From IMG/VR virus record IMGVR_UViG_3300023194_000002, positions 20,210-84,209 of that record: DNA of 64,000 bases; one strand, given 5' to 3'. How positions within the stretch are numbered: the first letter of the stretch is position 1; every line of letters begins with the position of its first letter. A model generated the notes under the pieces. It had not been told where the DNA came from. It searched no databases and saw only the letters and a list, made by a program, of their open reading frames with translations. Source of the DNA: a virus (taxonomy: Duplodnaviria; Caudoviricetes). The position numbers and the translations under genes are program-made. This document shows positions 1 through 9,810 of the stretch, piece by piece.

Positions 1-52
1 GTTTCGGCTCGCGCTGGCTTCTGATGTACGCAGAAACCGGGACGGTGCTGAC

Positions 53-874
53 ATGAGCACCGATCTCTGGTTGCGCAAGATCAAGCTGCAGGTCGAGGGG
101 TTACTGTTAGAGGACTACCATGTCCGGTTCAATGTCGCGTTGAGCGACAACCCGAAGACAAGCAACACGGCGACGATCCAAATCTCCAACTTAGGCGAGC
201 ATCACCGCCATCAGTTGGAGCGCATGAAGAAGGTCTACGTGGACCTCTATGCTGGATACGAGACCAGCATGCCGCTGCTGTTTCGCGGGGATTTATACAC
301 AGTATTCTCCGAGCATTCCGGCGCCACATGGACCACGACGATCAGCGCCGACACATCACGTGTTGCGAAGAAGAAGCGCGTGGTCAAATCGTTCGCGCCC
401 GGCGCAAGCATTGGCGACATCTTCCAGCATCTCGCCAAAGAAATGGACCTCAAAATCAGCAGTGGGTCCATCAAGGTCGCGGAGGCCGCGATCAAAAAAT
501 CGCGCGCCCGACAGTTCTTCAACGGTTACTCGCTCGCTGGGACTACGCGCGATGAACTGGAGCGCCTGTGCAGATCGTGCGGGTTCGAGTGGCAGGCGCA
601 CAACGGCAAATTGCACCTGGTCCCACTGTCGAAAGCGTTGACCGACTCAGAGTTTGTTTTGAGCGCGAAAACGGGGCTCATCGGGCGGCCGAAAGTCGGC
701 AACTATGGCCTTATCGACGTGCAGTGTTTATTGATTCCCGACCTCTATCCCTACCGTCGGGTCTATCTAGACTCAGTCCAGATCAACGCTCCGTGCGTCA
801 TCAAGACTGCAAAACTCGCAGGAGACACGCGCTCGCAGCAGTGGGCCGCCAACCTAGAGCTAAAGCTGGAATGA
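53..874 (+). CDS. Baseplate hub-like protein
   Basis: 273 aa just upstream of spike, wedge and J genes; motifs (NTATIQISNL, LYAGY, LLFRGD, TGLIGRP) resemble myophage hub proteins. Confidence 0.6.
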   Translation: MSTDLWLRKIKLQVEGLLLEDYHVRFNVALSDNPKTSNTATIQISNLGEHHRHQLERMKKVYVDLYAGYETSMPLLFRGDLYTVFSEHSGATWTTTISADTSRVAKKKRVVKSFAPGASIGDIFQHLAKEMDLKISSGSIKVAEAAIKKSRARQFFNGYSLAGTTRDELERLCRSCGFEWQAHNGKLHLVPLSKALTDSEFVLSAKTGLIGRPKVGNYGLIDVQCLLIPDLYPYRRVYLDSVQINAPCVIKTAKLAGDTRSQQWAANLELKLE

Positions 875-878
875 CGAC

Positions 879-1781
879 CTACCACGCCGGCTCAATCACG
901 AACGCCTGGACCGTACGCCGGCTGCCGATCACCTCGTTGTACAGGACACGGACTTTTGTCGTGCCCGTGACCTTGACCGCAGTGAAGTCGAGCGCGTTCA
1001 AATACGTGCCCTCAAACAGGTTGTCACCGCGGTATTTGCGCAGCACGAGCACGATGTTTGAGTTGTCGGCAGTAAACACCGCTGACTGCTTGTTGATCGA
1101 TGATTCAGCGGTGAAGTATCCGTCGTCGCGATCAACGACGATCGCCGCTCCGCGCAGCGTTGAAAGTGGCTCGCCGTTGTCCACGTGGCCCTGCAGCTCG
1201 AGGGCCACGCCGATCCCTGTGATGACCTTTTTGAAGCCGTGGCGCTTGCCGTCCGCGATCCACTCGCGTTCGGCTTCTGCCTGCTCCTGCTCCGCGCGCT
1301 TGCTGATCTCGGCATTCGCGCGCGCTTGCTGCATCTCGCGCTCTTCTTTCGCCGCGCGTTCGGCCCTTTCTTCGCGAACGACGGCGCTACGCTTCAAAAG
1401 GTTCACGCGGTGCGCGGGATTGGCCCCACACATCTCGGGTGAATCCTCACGAAGCTCGCCAGCGTATGCCAAACGCTTTGCATCATCGGCGGTGTATGTA
1501 CACGCCTCGCTCGGCGTAGGCGCAGTGATAGTCGCTTGGGCTGGAGCAGACGTGTTGCGCGCGGTCCGTTCGCGCACGCCTTCGCTGATGCGACTCAGCT
1601 GCGCTCGGTGGTTGGGCGCGGCGCACAGCTCTGGTGAGTCCGGTTGGAGCTCGCCTGCTTGGGCGAGGCGCATTGCGTCCGCGAATTCATACGGGCAGTC
1701 CGCGTGCGCGATTGAGGCGACGGACCAGAGAGCGACTAGTGCGAATGTGGTGGTGCGCATGGTGCGTCGAAATAAACGCAC
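879..1781 (-). CDS. Exported hypothetical protein with a duplicated Cys-bracketed motif (moron-like)
   Basis: Signal peptide (TTFALVALWSVASIAHA); two copies of CxYxxxDAxRLAxAGELxxDSPExC; antisense to structural genes. Confidence 0.7.
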   Translation of the reverse strand: MRLFRRTMRTTTFALVALWSVASIAHADCPYEFADAMRLAQAGELQPDSPELCAAPNHRAQLSRISEGVRERTARNTSAPAQATITAPTPSEACTYTADDAKRLAYAGELREDSPEMCGANPAHRVNLLKRSAVVREERAERAAKEEREMQQARANAEISKRAEQEQAEAEREWIADGKRHGFKKVITGIGVALELQGHVDNGEPLSTLRGAAIVVDRDDGYFTAESSINKQSAVFTADNSNIVLVLRKYRGDNLFEGTYLNALDFTAVKVTGTTKVRVLYNEVIGSRRTVQAFVIEPAW

Positions 1782-1847
1782 AACCGCACGCGATCCAGCG
1801 CGAAAAATCGCAACCTACCCGCGTCTTTTGTGGGCGGAGGTGGCGGC

Positions 1848-2618
1848 ATGAGCACGCCATCGGCGCTCGACAACATGGAGCTGGTGGCGGAGAAGGCGCT
1901 CTCCGAGGCCCACTTCTGCCTGCCGGCGCGCGTAGTGCGGGTCCGCACGGGCAAGGACGCTCGACAGTTCGTCGATGTGCGTCTCGCGATGCAACGAGAG
2001 GTCGTCCAGGGCGACGACAACGAGGAGGCCGACGAGGAGTACGACGTACTCTATTCGCGCCCCGTGGCGTATGCGCAGGGCGGCGGATTCAGCGTCAACA
2101 TGCCGCTGCAGCCTGACGACCCAGTGATGGTGCTGTTTGCGGAGCGATCCATCGACGCGTGGATCGAACTCTCAAGGCGCGGCGGCAAACCTGTTGCCCC
2201 TGGAGACACGTCGCTAAGCCCTCTGCAAGGCGGCATCGTGCTGCCAATCGGCCCAGCAGCGCGCTCAGAGCTCGCGGATGTGGGCGCGCACGACTCCAGC
2301 GATTTCACGATCGGTCGTCGCGACGGCACGGTGATGCTGCGTCTCACGCAAGATGGCCAACTTGCCTCGCTCATGGAGGGCGAGGACTGGATAGCGCTCG
2401 CAGCGAAGGTCGATGCTGAAATAGCGCGTTTGGACGCGCGCATCGACTCAGAGGTGAACGCGCTGAAGCAAGCGACCGTCACGGGTCTAACAGCTGTCGG
2501 CGCAGCACTCGCGGCAAACGGTGCGACCGCAGCAACAACCTTCCAGGGCGCATCCGCAACCATACCCGCACCGACGAATCCGCAGTCGGTCGCAGCATCA
2601 AAAAGTAAGGCGACATGA
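1848..2618 (+). CDS. Baseplate spike (Gp138-like N-terminal OB domain)
   Basis: CLPARVVRV, PVAYAQGGGFSVNMPLQPDDPVMVLFAERSIDAW motifs; RBS GGAGG before ATG 1848. Confidence 0.8.
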   Translation: MSTPSALDNMELVAEKALSEAHFCLPARVVRVRTGKDARQFVDVRLAMQREVVQGDDNEEADEEYDVLYSRPVAYAQGGGFSVNMPLQPDDPVMVLFAERSIDAWIELSRRGGKPVAPGDTSLSPLQGGIVLPIGPAARSELADVGAHDSSDFTIGRRDGTVMLRLTQDGQLASLMEGEDWIALAAKVDAEIARLDARIDSEVNALKQATVTGLTAVGAALAANGATAATTFQGASATIPAPTNPQSVAASKSKAT

Positions 2619-3304
2619 ATAACGCACGTCCCGCAGCTTTTCCGGACTGGGCCAGCGACAGCACGGCTCAAGTCGTCCAGCCACCGACTGGTAAGCAGGA
2701 GGTCGGGTTCCTTCCTGGAGAGGAGGTTCCTGCCGGCTGGTACAATTGGATACTGAAGCTGATCAACAGTCAGCTCAAATATATCGATGAATCGGTCAAG
2801 ATCTCGACCGAGAAGATCGAACTGTCTTCAGGACAAGCCTGCTATCGGCATCAAACAGGCAAGCCATCGTTTGGGCAGGTCGGCACTGCGTTTACCGCGA
2901 GCACCGCAAAATACTACGGATATGCATGGGTCAGCGGGGGCTCGAGTTCAGCCGTGACCTTCCCTCTGCGCGTGCAGCCTGGGCGTCGCTTATTGAGCGT
3001 CGATCTCATCTGGTCGGCTCCGAACGAAACTGTCAGAAACAGCGCCAGCGTGTCGTCGGGACAGATCAACTGGTCGACGCTGCCATCGTCCACCGCGCTA
3101 TTGGGGGTAGGCGCAACCCTGGGCACTATCGTGCAGACGCAATTCAGTGGCGGAAATTCCCTCCTCTGGACGAAGAGTACGGTCAACGTCACGCAGCCGC
3201 AGCCCGCGTACTCCGAGACGCTGGAATATTGGCTAGATATCACGCTGGGCAGCACTGCGGAGTTCTGCGCGCTGCGCGCGATCCGTATCAACACGCAGGG
3301 GTGA
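2615..3304 (+). CDS. Putative tail/baseplate-associated structural protein
   Basis: N-terminal FPDWA...GFLPGEEVPAGWYNW motif typical of tail-fibre attachment regions; ATGA coupling to the spike gene. Confidence 0.5.
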   Translation: MNNARPAAFPDWASDSTAQVVQPPTGKQEVGFLPGEEVPAGWYNWILKLINSQLKYIDESVKISTEKIELSSGQACYRHQTGKPSFGQVGTAFTASTAKYYGYAWVSGGSSSAVTFPLRVQPGRRLLSVDLIWSAPNETVRNSASVSSGQINWSTLPSSTALLGVGATLGTIVQTQFSGGNSLLWTKSTVNVTQPQPAYSETLEYWLDITLGSTAEFCALRAIRINTQG

Positions 3305-3308
3305 ATCT

Positions 3309-3722
3309 ATGGCAGCGAGCGCGTATGCAGATCTCAAGGTGGACCTAACAACGGGCGATATCGTTGTTACGGGAGGCAAGCTGCAGACTGTGAGCGGCAT
3401 GGAGTACGCGATCCAGCACTGGGTTGCCGCGCTCCACCTGTTCGAAGGCGAATGGTATTACAACGCGCTGCTGGGGCTTCCCTACAAGAGGCAGATATTC
3501 GTCAAAAATCCCAATATGACAGTGGTCCGCGCGTTGTTCGCCGAAACCACGCGCGGTGTGCCGCTCATCACGGCGGTCCGCTCGATGAAGTTCGGGTTGG
3601 ATACAACCAAGCGCATCATGACCGTAGAGGCTGTTGCTACCGTGGACGGCGAACAGGTGACGCTGACAACCGACCTGCTTATTGCGCCAGGTAAAGGCGG
3701 GCCAGGTTCCTCAGACGACTAA
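3309..3722 (+). CDS. Baseplate wedge protein (gp25/DUF2634-like)
   Basis: 137 aa directly before baseplate J; LHLFEGEWYYNALLGLPY motif. Confidence 0.7.
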   Translation: MAASAYADLKVDLTTGDIVVTGGKLQTVSGMEYAIQHWVAALHLFEGEWYYNALLGLPYKRQIFVKNPNMTVVRALFAETTRGVPLITAVRSMKFGLDTTKRIMTVEAVATVDGEQVTLTTDLLIAPGKGGPGSSDD

Positions 3723-3768
3723 CCATCCGCCCACTTGCATTCAGCGTTGACTGCGGATATGCGCGCGG

Positions 3769-4995
3769 GTGGCTGACTATGGGCTAACACCTGAGGGCAT
3801 AAATATTAGGACGTTTGCGGATATTCGCCGCGACGTCCTTGGTCGTCAGCGCGCGTGGATCCATGCCGGTTTTCAGGACTCCGCAAACGACGTCGTCGGG
3901 CAGATGAACGCCGCGGTTGCTGAGATTGCTGCGGAGATATGGGAGCTGATGCGGGCGATCGTTGAAACACGACACCCCGACGCGGTCACCGGCGCGTTGC
4001 AGGACGCGCTCTATGCGATTCAAGCGATCGTTCGTAAGGGCGACGCGGTAAGCACCGTGAATGCTCTGGTGACGCTGGATGCAGGCGCCAATATCGCGAT
4101 CGGTGATGCTGTAGCGAGCGTGAACGGCAATACGGATGCGCGCTTTGAGAACGCTGAGGCGATGGTGAATTCGTCGGCGAGCTCGAAGTCGGCCGTCATT
4201 AAATTCCAGGCGCTAACAGCCGGTCCCGTGGTCGCCAACGCAGGCACGCTCACAGTGCGGGAGACGCTGCCTACGGGATGGCAATCGATCACAAATCCCG
4301 GCGATGCGACGTTAGGTTTTTTCGCCGAGTCGAACGCAGCGTTTCGCGCGCGGCGCGAGCTGTCGATCATGCGTGGCTCGCGACACGTGAACGGCATCCG
4401 CGCTGAGTTACTGAACCTGAGCACGGTGCGCGACGCGCTTGTGCGCGAGAACATCACGAACTCGACCGACCCTGACACCGGCATGCCCCCGCATGCGATC
4501 AACGCAGTGCTTAACTCCAGTGCGAGCGATGATGCAGAACTTGCCGAAGTTATCAGCGAAACACGCGCTGCGGGCATTAAGTCGTGGGGCTCGACCACGG
4601 TCGCGGTGACAGACGAGGGTGGAACGCACAACGAGTCTTTCTCTCGACCCGTCAAAACGCTGTTATATCTCAACGTCCGAATATACGTCGGACCCGACTA
4701 TATAGGCGATGACGCACTCAAAGCGTTGTTGATCCAGTCGGCTGAGGATGCTTCGTCACCAGGATTCTTGCGCCTCGGAACGGATGTATTCGGCGGGCAA
4801 TTCGTCGTTGCGATGATGGCGTCGGGCACGGGCATCCGCACCGCAGAGGCGCGCATCTCGACGGCGTCGACCACGTTCGATCAGGCGCAGCAAGGGATCA
4901 TCGTCGCGCCGAGTGTCCAAATGGTGTTGGACGCGAATCGCATCACCATCACGCGCCTTGTCTATCAGGCGCCTGCAAATTGGAGTGACGTCTAA
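3769..4995 (+). CDS. Baseplate J-like protein
   Basis: MADYGLTPEG start, ATGALQD, GPVVANAGTLT, ESNAAFRARR, RAAGI motifs; 408 aa. Confidence 0.9.
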   Translation: MADYGLTPEGINIRTFADIRRDVLGRQRAWIHAGFQDSANDVVGQMNAAVAEIAAEIWELMRAIVETRHPDAVTGALQDALYAIQAIVRKGDAVSTVNALVTLDAGANIAIGDAVASVNGNTDARFENAEAMVNSSASSKSAVIKFQALTAGPVVANAGTLTVRETLPTGWQSITNPGDATLGFFAESNAAFRARRELSIMRGSRHVNGIRAELLNLSTVRDALVRENITNSTDPDTGMPPHAINAVLNSSASDDAELAEVISETRAAGIKSWGSTTVAVTDEGGTHNESFSRPVKTLLYLNVRIYVGPDYIGDDALKALLIQSAEDASSPGFLRLGTDVFGGQFVVAMMASGTGIRTAEARISTASTTFDQAQQGIIVAPSVQMVLDANRITITRLVYQAPANWSDV

Positions 4996-5432
4996 TGGCC
5001 TCAAAAGGACTCTCGAGGACGGCGCGTGTAGCGTCGTTGACCGCGTTCGCGTCTGGTACGACTTACGCCGGACTGTCGACTGTGAACCCCGGCGACGATG
5101 GGCAAAGCCGCGTTGAGCCGGCATTTGGCACAGGAGGCTATGCGCGTGTCGCCGTGAGCTGGAGCGCCGTCTCTGCACCCGGTGCGCTAGACGCCGCGGT
5201 GGAGCTGGTCAACTCGGCGCTGATCACGTTCGGCGCGAGCGGTACGGCGTATTCAACCGGCGCGACACAGCTAGCGTGGCTGACGCTCTGGAACCATGCG
5301 ACGAATACTGCAGAGGCGAACTTCCTAGGACGTTTTCCGCTCAACACGCCTAACGCGATCAGTGCAGATGGCGCGAGTATCGCAATCGCAGCTGGACAAC
5401 TGAAGGTCACGCTTACCCCGCAGACCGTGTGA
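4995..5432 (+). CDS. Minor tail / fibre-associated protein
   Basis: GYARVAV...ITF...WLTLW...FL...IAAGQLKVTL pattern common in phage tail proteins; TAATG overlap with J. Confidence 0.55.
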   Translation: MASKGLSRTARVASLTAFASGTTYAGLSTVNPGDDGQSRVEPAFGTGGYARVAVSWSAVSAPGALDAAVELVNSALITFGASGTAYSTGATQLAWLTLWNHATNTAEANFLGRFPLNTPNAISADGASIAIAAGQLKVTLTPQTV

Positions 5433-5440
5433 TCGGATAG

Positions 5441-7135
5441 ATGACTCGACGGTATACAGGTGGGCGTGACGAGGCGGCTGGTTTTAACCTGCCGTCCAAT
5501 GGCGCGTACACGATCCAGTGTTGGATACACGTCGACACGTTGCCGGCAACGAATGCCGGGTTGATCACGCTCACCACGTCCGACTATTGGACCAGCAGTC
5601 AGACGACAGAGCTCGCTATTCAGTCGACCGGGTATCTGTTCTTCCGAAACCGTTTCTGGAGCTCGTCGCCTGAGTTTTACCGCGAGACGAGCTACACGAC
5701 GCCATCGAGCATTGCGCTCAACGACTGGATACACGTTGCCTATACATACGATGGCACTAACGCGCTTGCGTATGTCAATGGTGTGTTAGTCAACAGCAGC
5801 ACGCTGGACACGAACACCGGCGCAGTGCGCCCAAATTTCGCATATTGCGCGCTGGGTAGCTCTGGATATACGGGCGAGGCGCAGGCGTTAGGAGTCACGC
5901 TGCAGTCGGCGATGGTGTTCGCCTCGGCGCTATCCGCCTCGCAGATCAAAGAGTCGATGTCCACGTTGGAGCCGCCTCCTGGGGTTGCTCCGTATGCGTG
6001 GTGGCGCCTGGACAACGGGGGTGTTTGGTCGAGCGACCAATCGGGCAACGGCCACACGCTTAGCACCGTGGGCACAGCTGTAGGCGCAGGGACAGGCCAG
6101 CTGTCTACTGCCATCGGCGGATCAATCGTCAGTGGCGATGCCACGGTGATCGCCGGCACGTCGACTGCCGCCTCGGGCGGGGCGATCGCCGGTGGGTCTG
6201 CGACGAACTCTGCCGGCATCACGACGAGCGCGTCAGGTGGCGCGGTCACCGGTGGGTCCGCAGTAAATCGCTACGGCGTATCCACCTATGCGATCGGCGG
6301 ATCTGTCGCCGGCGGCGTCGTGGCCAACGCGATCGGAGCGTCGACGTCAGCGACTGCCGGAGCGGTCGCGGGTGGCGAAGCAAACAACGCAATCGGCATT
6401 GCCACCAGTGCGTTAGGCGGGGCGATCTCCGGTGGCGAGGCGCTCGTCTTCGGTAGGGTATTCAGCGAGACGTCGAAACGCGGCATCTCGCGCCTAACAT
6501 CGTGGTATCGAAAACCTAACAACTCCGCTCTGCTTGCGTCGTGGCTCGAAGAGTTCCACCTGATTCGCGTCGTTGCGCTTCAGCTGCTCGAGTCCACTCT
6601 GGACAACGCCGAGGGCGTGCATCTCGACGTATTCGGTAAATACGTGGGGTTAGAGCGTGGATGGTTCAGCGACGACGACTTCTATCGCGAGCTGCTCTAC
6701 ATCAAGGCCCTGATCAACCGCTGCAAGGGCACGCGTCCTGAGATCGTCGAGATCGCAAAGCGGCTGGTCAACCTGACAGTCAGTCCACCGGTCAACACGG
6801 TTGATTTGGTCGACTACTACCCAGCGGGTTGGGTCGCCTATTCGAACAACGCGATCGATCCGGACTACGGCAATATCGTTGCTCGGCTGCTGTCGCTCAC
6901 GCGTGCGGGCGGCGTGTGGATGAACTTTGTCTGGGCGTCGTCGCGGCCCGAGCACCACTACACACCGTTCAAGTTCGCTCCCTCCACCAGCGTGATTTCC
7001 AACTCCCCCAACGGCTTCGACGCTGGGGGTCTATCCGCAGTGAGCGACGGCACGACGGTTGTCTCGTGGGAACCGCCGCCGCTGTATTGGGGGCCTGACC
7101 CGCTCTACTGGGGAGATGACCCATTGGTCTGGTGA
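5441..7135 (+). CDS. LamG/ConA-like lectin + 20-aa Gly/Ala/Ser repeats + DUF2612-like baseplate wedge domain
   Basis: YTIQCWI...WIHVAYTYDG...YVNG (LamG); LDNAEGVHLDVFGKYVGLER...KGT (wedge) in the C-terminal third. Confidence 0.7.
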   Translation: MTRRYTGGRDEAAGFNLPSNGAYTIQCWIHVDTLPATNAGLITLTTSDYWTSSQTTELAIQSTGYLFFRNRFWSSSPEFYRETSYTTPSSIALNDWIHVAYTYDGTNALAYVNGVLVNSSTLDTNTGAVRPNFAYCALGSSGYTGEAQALGVTLQSAMVFASALSASQIKESMSTLEPPPGVAPYAWWRLDNGGVWSSDQSGNGHTLSTVGTAVGAGTGQLSTAIGGSIVSGDATVIAGTSTAASGGAIAGGSATNSAGITTSASGGAVTGGSAVNRYGVSTYAIGGSVAGGVVANAIGASTSATAGAVAGGEANNAIGIATSALGGAISGGEALVFGRVFSETSKRGISRLTSWYRKPNNSALLASWLEEFHLIRVVALQLLESTLDNAEGVHLDVFGKYVGLERGWFSDDDFYRELLYIKALINRCKGTRPEIVEIAKRLVNLTVSPPVNTVDLVDYYPAGWVAYSNNAIDPDYGNIVARLLSLTRAGGVWMNFVWASSRPEHHYTPFKFAPSTSVISNSPNGFDAGGLSAVSDGTTVVSWEPPPLYWGPDPLYWGDDPLVW

Positions 7136-7142
7136 CTGAACT

Positions 7143-8798
7143 ATGGCTACACCTATCCAGTTTCTATCTAAAATCTCCGAGGTGGCTACGGCGTTGGAGC
7201 CGTACTTGCTCTATCAGCGCCCAGTCATCAGCGATGAGCAGACGACCGCTCCCGGTGCACCGGTCAACTTCGATCGATATGTAGCGCCCACCAATGCTAC
7301 GGGCGGGTGGATTCCCACGTATATCTATGAATATAGAAGTGGGTCTTGGACATCGATTCTGCCTCGTCACGGGATGACCTGCCGTGTGATGTCCGGCGTT
7401 CGCGCCGGTAGACTGATTTGCTATAACGAGAACACAGCTGCATGGGAGGTGGTGTCCGGCGGCTCCACCGTATCGGGCAATACCGCGCTCACCACGCCTG
7501 TTCGCTGGTACGTAGACAGCGTCGCGGGCAACGATGAAAACACGGGCTCATCCAGCGACCCTCTGAAGTTGCTCGAATTCGCTATTGCGCAGCTTCGACA
7601 GTTCCGCCCGATCGCAGCGCGGGCCGTGATCGAGCTGATGGACGCTGGTCCTCACTATTTGTCTCAAACAGCGTTGCGCGACCTAATCATTCTGCAGTCA
7701 GACCAAGGTCAAGGCTTTGTGGTGATTAAGGGCGCAGGCCGTAACGTCATTAATACAAGCGTGGTGAGCAGTCTAGGCGAGACGCCACGCATTTACGTCG
7801 ACACGAACACCTCGCTTCCAACGGATACCGCACTTGGCGCCACGCTCCGGCTTACGAGTGGTGCAGCGCAGGGGCAAGAGCTCCTGGTCATGCACAATGG
7901 CGTAGAAAACGGGCAGAACCGCGTTTGGGTGGGCCCTTCTGTGCCGGCTGAAGTTGCTGCCGGTGACACCTACGAGCTCTCGCGTCCCCAGGCCGAGATC
8001 ATCGTTGCAGGCGATGCCGGCCAGCGCACCCTCAACCTAACAGATATCCGCGGGCCACTCATTTTCCGCAACGTGAAGATCACCACGGATCTCATGCTTG
8101 CGATCAACTCGTTCACCGCATTTAGCGCGTGCGAGACGTCAGACAACTGTTGGCTGCTGGCGCAACAGAGTTGCAGCATCGGCTTGTCTGCACCATTCCC
8201 GCCCGCTGCATGGGATCCCGACCTGGAGAGCAGCAGCATCACGCAGCTCGCCAGCGGCATCCATTTGCCCGGTGGAGGCGTATCGAGCCAGCTCGGGAGC
8301 CGAGTAGCAGGCACGTGCCGAACTGGCACCGTGACCGCGGCAGGCGCGGAGATAGAGTTTGAAGGCCGCGCGGATAACATTCATGCGCTGGCTGATGGGT
8401 ACGTCAGGCTGATGTACAGCCAGGCGTATAAGACGCTGCAAGTTCACCCTGGCGGATTCGTAGAGGCCGAGAACTATCTCTACCTCGACACCAACGGATA
8501 CGAGCCTGCGATCACGATCAGACAGGGACTCCTGCGCATATTGCCAGGCACCACGGTGCGCGGTGGCTACTTCGCAGGTGAAGGTATCCCCACGATTAAG
8601 CTAGACCCTGGTGGGGTGTTGGAGCTGGCGAATCTGCCATCTGGCGAAGGCGGAGCTGGCAATCCCGTGATCGCCCCATGGAACCTGGGCGGCTACGTGC
8701 AGCTGTACAGTGGGACGCAGATCCCGATCAGCTCGATCACAAACAGTCCGAGCGTATGGAGCGACAACTACGGCTGTCGTCTCATGGTGGCACCTTAA
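7143..8798 (+). CDS. Tail fibre/spike: DUF2793-like N-terminus + putative beta-helix receptor-binding domain
   Basis: QTTAPGAPVNFDRYVAPTNATGGW...WTSILPRHGM; WYVDSVAGNDENTG beta-helix entry motif. Confidence 0.7.
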   Translation: MATPIQFLSKISEVATALEPYLLYQRPVISDEQTTAPGAPVNFDRYVAPTNATGGWIPTYIYEYRSGSWTSILPRHGMTCRVMSGVRAGRLICYNENTAAWEVVSGGSTVSGNTALTTPVRWYVDSVAGNDENTGSSSDPLKLLEFAIAQLRQFRPIAARAVIELMDAGPHYLSQTALRDLIILQSDQGQGFVVIKGAGRNVINTSVVSSLGETPRIYVDTNTSLPTDTALGATLRLTSGAAQGQELLVMHNGVENGQNRVWVGPSVPAEVAAGDTYELSRPQAEIIVAGDAGQRTLNLTDIRGPLIFRNVKITTDLMLAINSFTAFSACETSDNCWLLAQQSCSIGLSAPFPPAAWDPDLESSSITQLASGIHLPGGGVSSQLGSRVAGTCRTGTVTAAGAEIEFEGRADNIHALADGYVRLMYSQAYKTLQVHPGGFVEAENYLYLDTNGYEPAITIRQGLLRILPGTTVRGGYFAGEGIPTIKLDPGGVLELANLPSGEGGAGNPVIAPWNLGGYVQLYSGTQIPISSITNSPSVWSDNYGCRLMVAP

Positions 8799-8814
8799 TG
8801 CTTAGGAGCATCTT

Positions 8815-9810
8815 ATGGCACTGACACGCTCTCGCGGACGGCTAGGTCTATTAGTCGTCTCTATGGTGGGCACGATCGCATGCTTAGGCAGCGGCGTACT
8901 GCCGTGTCCCGTTTGCCCGGACCCGTCGTTAGACAGTGTCGTGGGCGAGTGGACGACGCTGAAAAACTGGGACTTCGGCACGGGCGCTGGCAACAACATC
9001 ACGACGATTGCTGCCGTGAAGTCGGAGTTCAACGCGTACCAAGTGTTCGGTACGTACAACGTCGGCGACGGTAAATACGGCGCTGACACCGTTGCGTTCG
9101 ATGCGGGGTCTGCACTCTCGGGGCAACCTATAGATACCGTGGTTAGCAGCACGGCCACTCGCTATCGCGAGCTGAACGCCAACAGCCTGATCGTGCATGT
9201 GAGGCCGAAGAGCGACTCGCAGACAACTGTGGGCCCCGCTCATCTGCATGACGCTGCCACGGGCAGCATCTACAGCAAATACCTATACCAGCACACGAAC
9301 ACCAAGGATCTGCGCTGGTCCACGCGATTCCGATTGAACACGGTAGCCAAGGGCTACTGGTTCGCGATCTGGAACGTTTCGCAGACCTGGAATAACGGCC
9401 CCGAGATGGACTTGATCGAGGCCTTCTCGGCGTGGGACTGCTGCGTCGGCAATTTCTGGCATTCGGATGTCGTGACCGGCAATGGTGGTTATTTCGGCAC
9501 CAACGCGATCAACTACTGGCCCGCATGGGGGCCTGCGTTGTCGAGCACCGGAGTCAATCCAGACCTGACGCAATGGCACGACCTCGTGTTGACGTATTTC
9601 CACGACGACACGTACGTCATTACGTACGACGGAAAGACTATCCAGAAGGGCGTATACCACTGGAGCTCGCAGCCGTTTCAGTTCTTGTTTGAATACAGCG
9701 TCGGGCACACCGAGGTGTCCGACTATCAAAGCTTCGTGATGCCCGTGTCAGCGTTCCCGCTCGACATGGAGGTCGACTATTCGCGAGTTGAGGAGAGGGA
9801 GATCTTATGA
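8815..9810 (+). CDS. GH16-like glycoside hydrolase with export signal
   Basis: GYWFAIW, catalytic E-x-D-x-x-E (EMDLIE), MEVDYSRV; hydrophobic N-terminus with Cys. Confidence 0.75.
   Translation: MALTRSRGRLGLLVVSMVGTIACLGSGVLPCPVCPDPSLDSVVGEWTTLKNWDFGTGAGNNITTIAAVKSEFNAYQVFGTYNVGDGKYGADTVAFDAGSALSGQPIDTVVSSTATRYRELNANSLIVHVRPKSDSQTTVGPAHLHDAATGSIYSKYLYQHTNTKDLRWSTRFRLNTVAKGYWFAIWNVSQTWNNGPEMDLIEAFSAWDCCVGNFWHSDVVTGNGGYFGTNAINYWPAWGPALSSTGVNPDLTQWHDLVLTYFHDDTYVITYDGKTIQKGVYHWSSQPFQFLFEYSVGHTEVSDYQSFVMPVSAFPLDMEVDYSRVEEREIL

Noticed and set aside
568-1851. 427-aa plus-strand ORF and the many other long overlapping ORFs in the track
   Set aside because: Antisense or off-frame shadows expected at high GC; they overlap better-supported genes and have no motifs
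7143-8798. Diversity-generating retroelement or invertible tail-fibre system
   Set aside because: No reverse transcriptase, template/variable repeat pair or invertase was seen in the window
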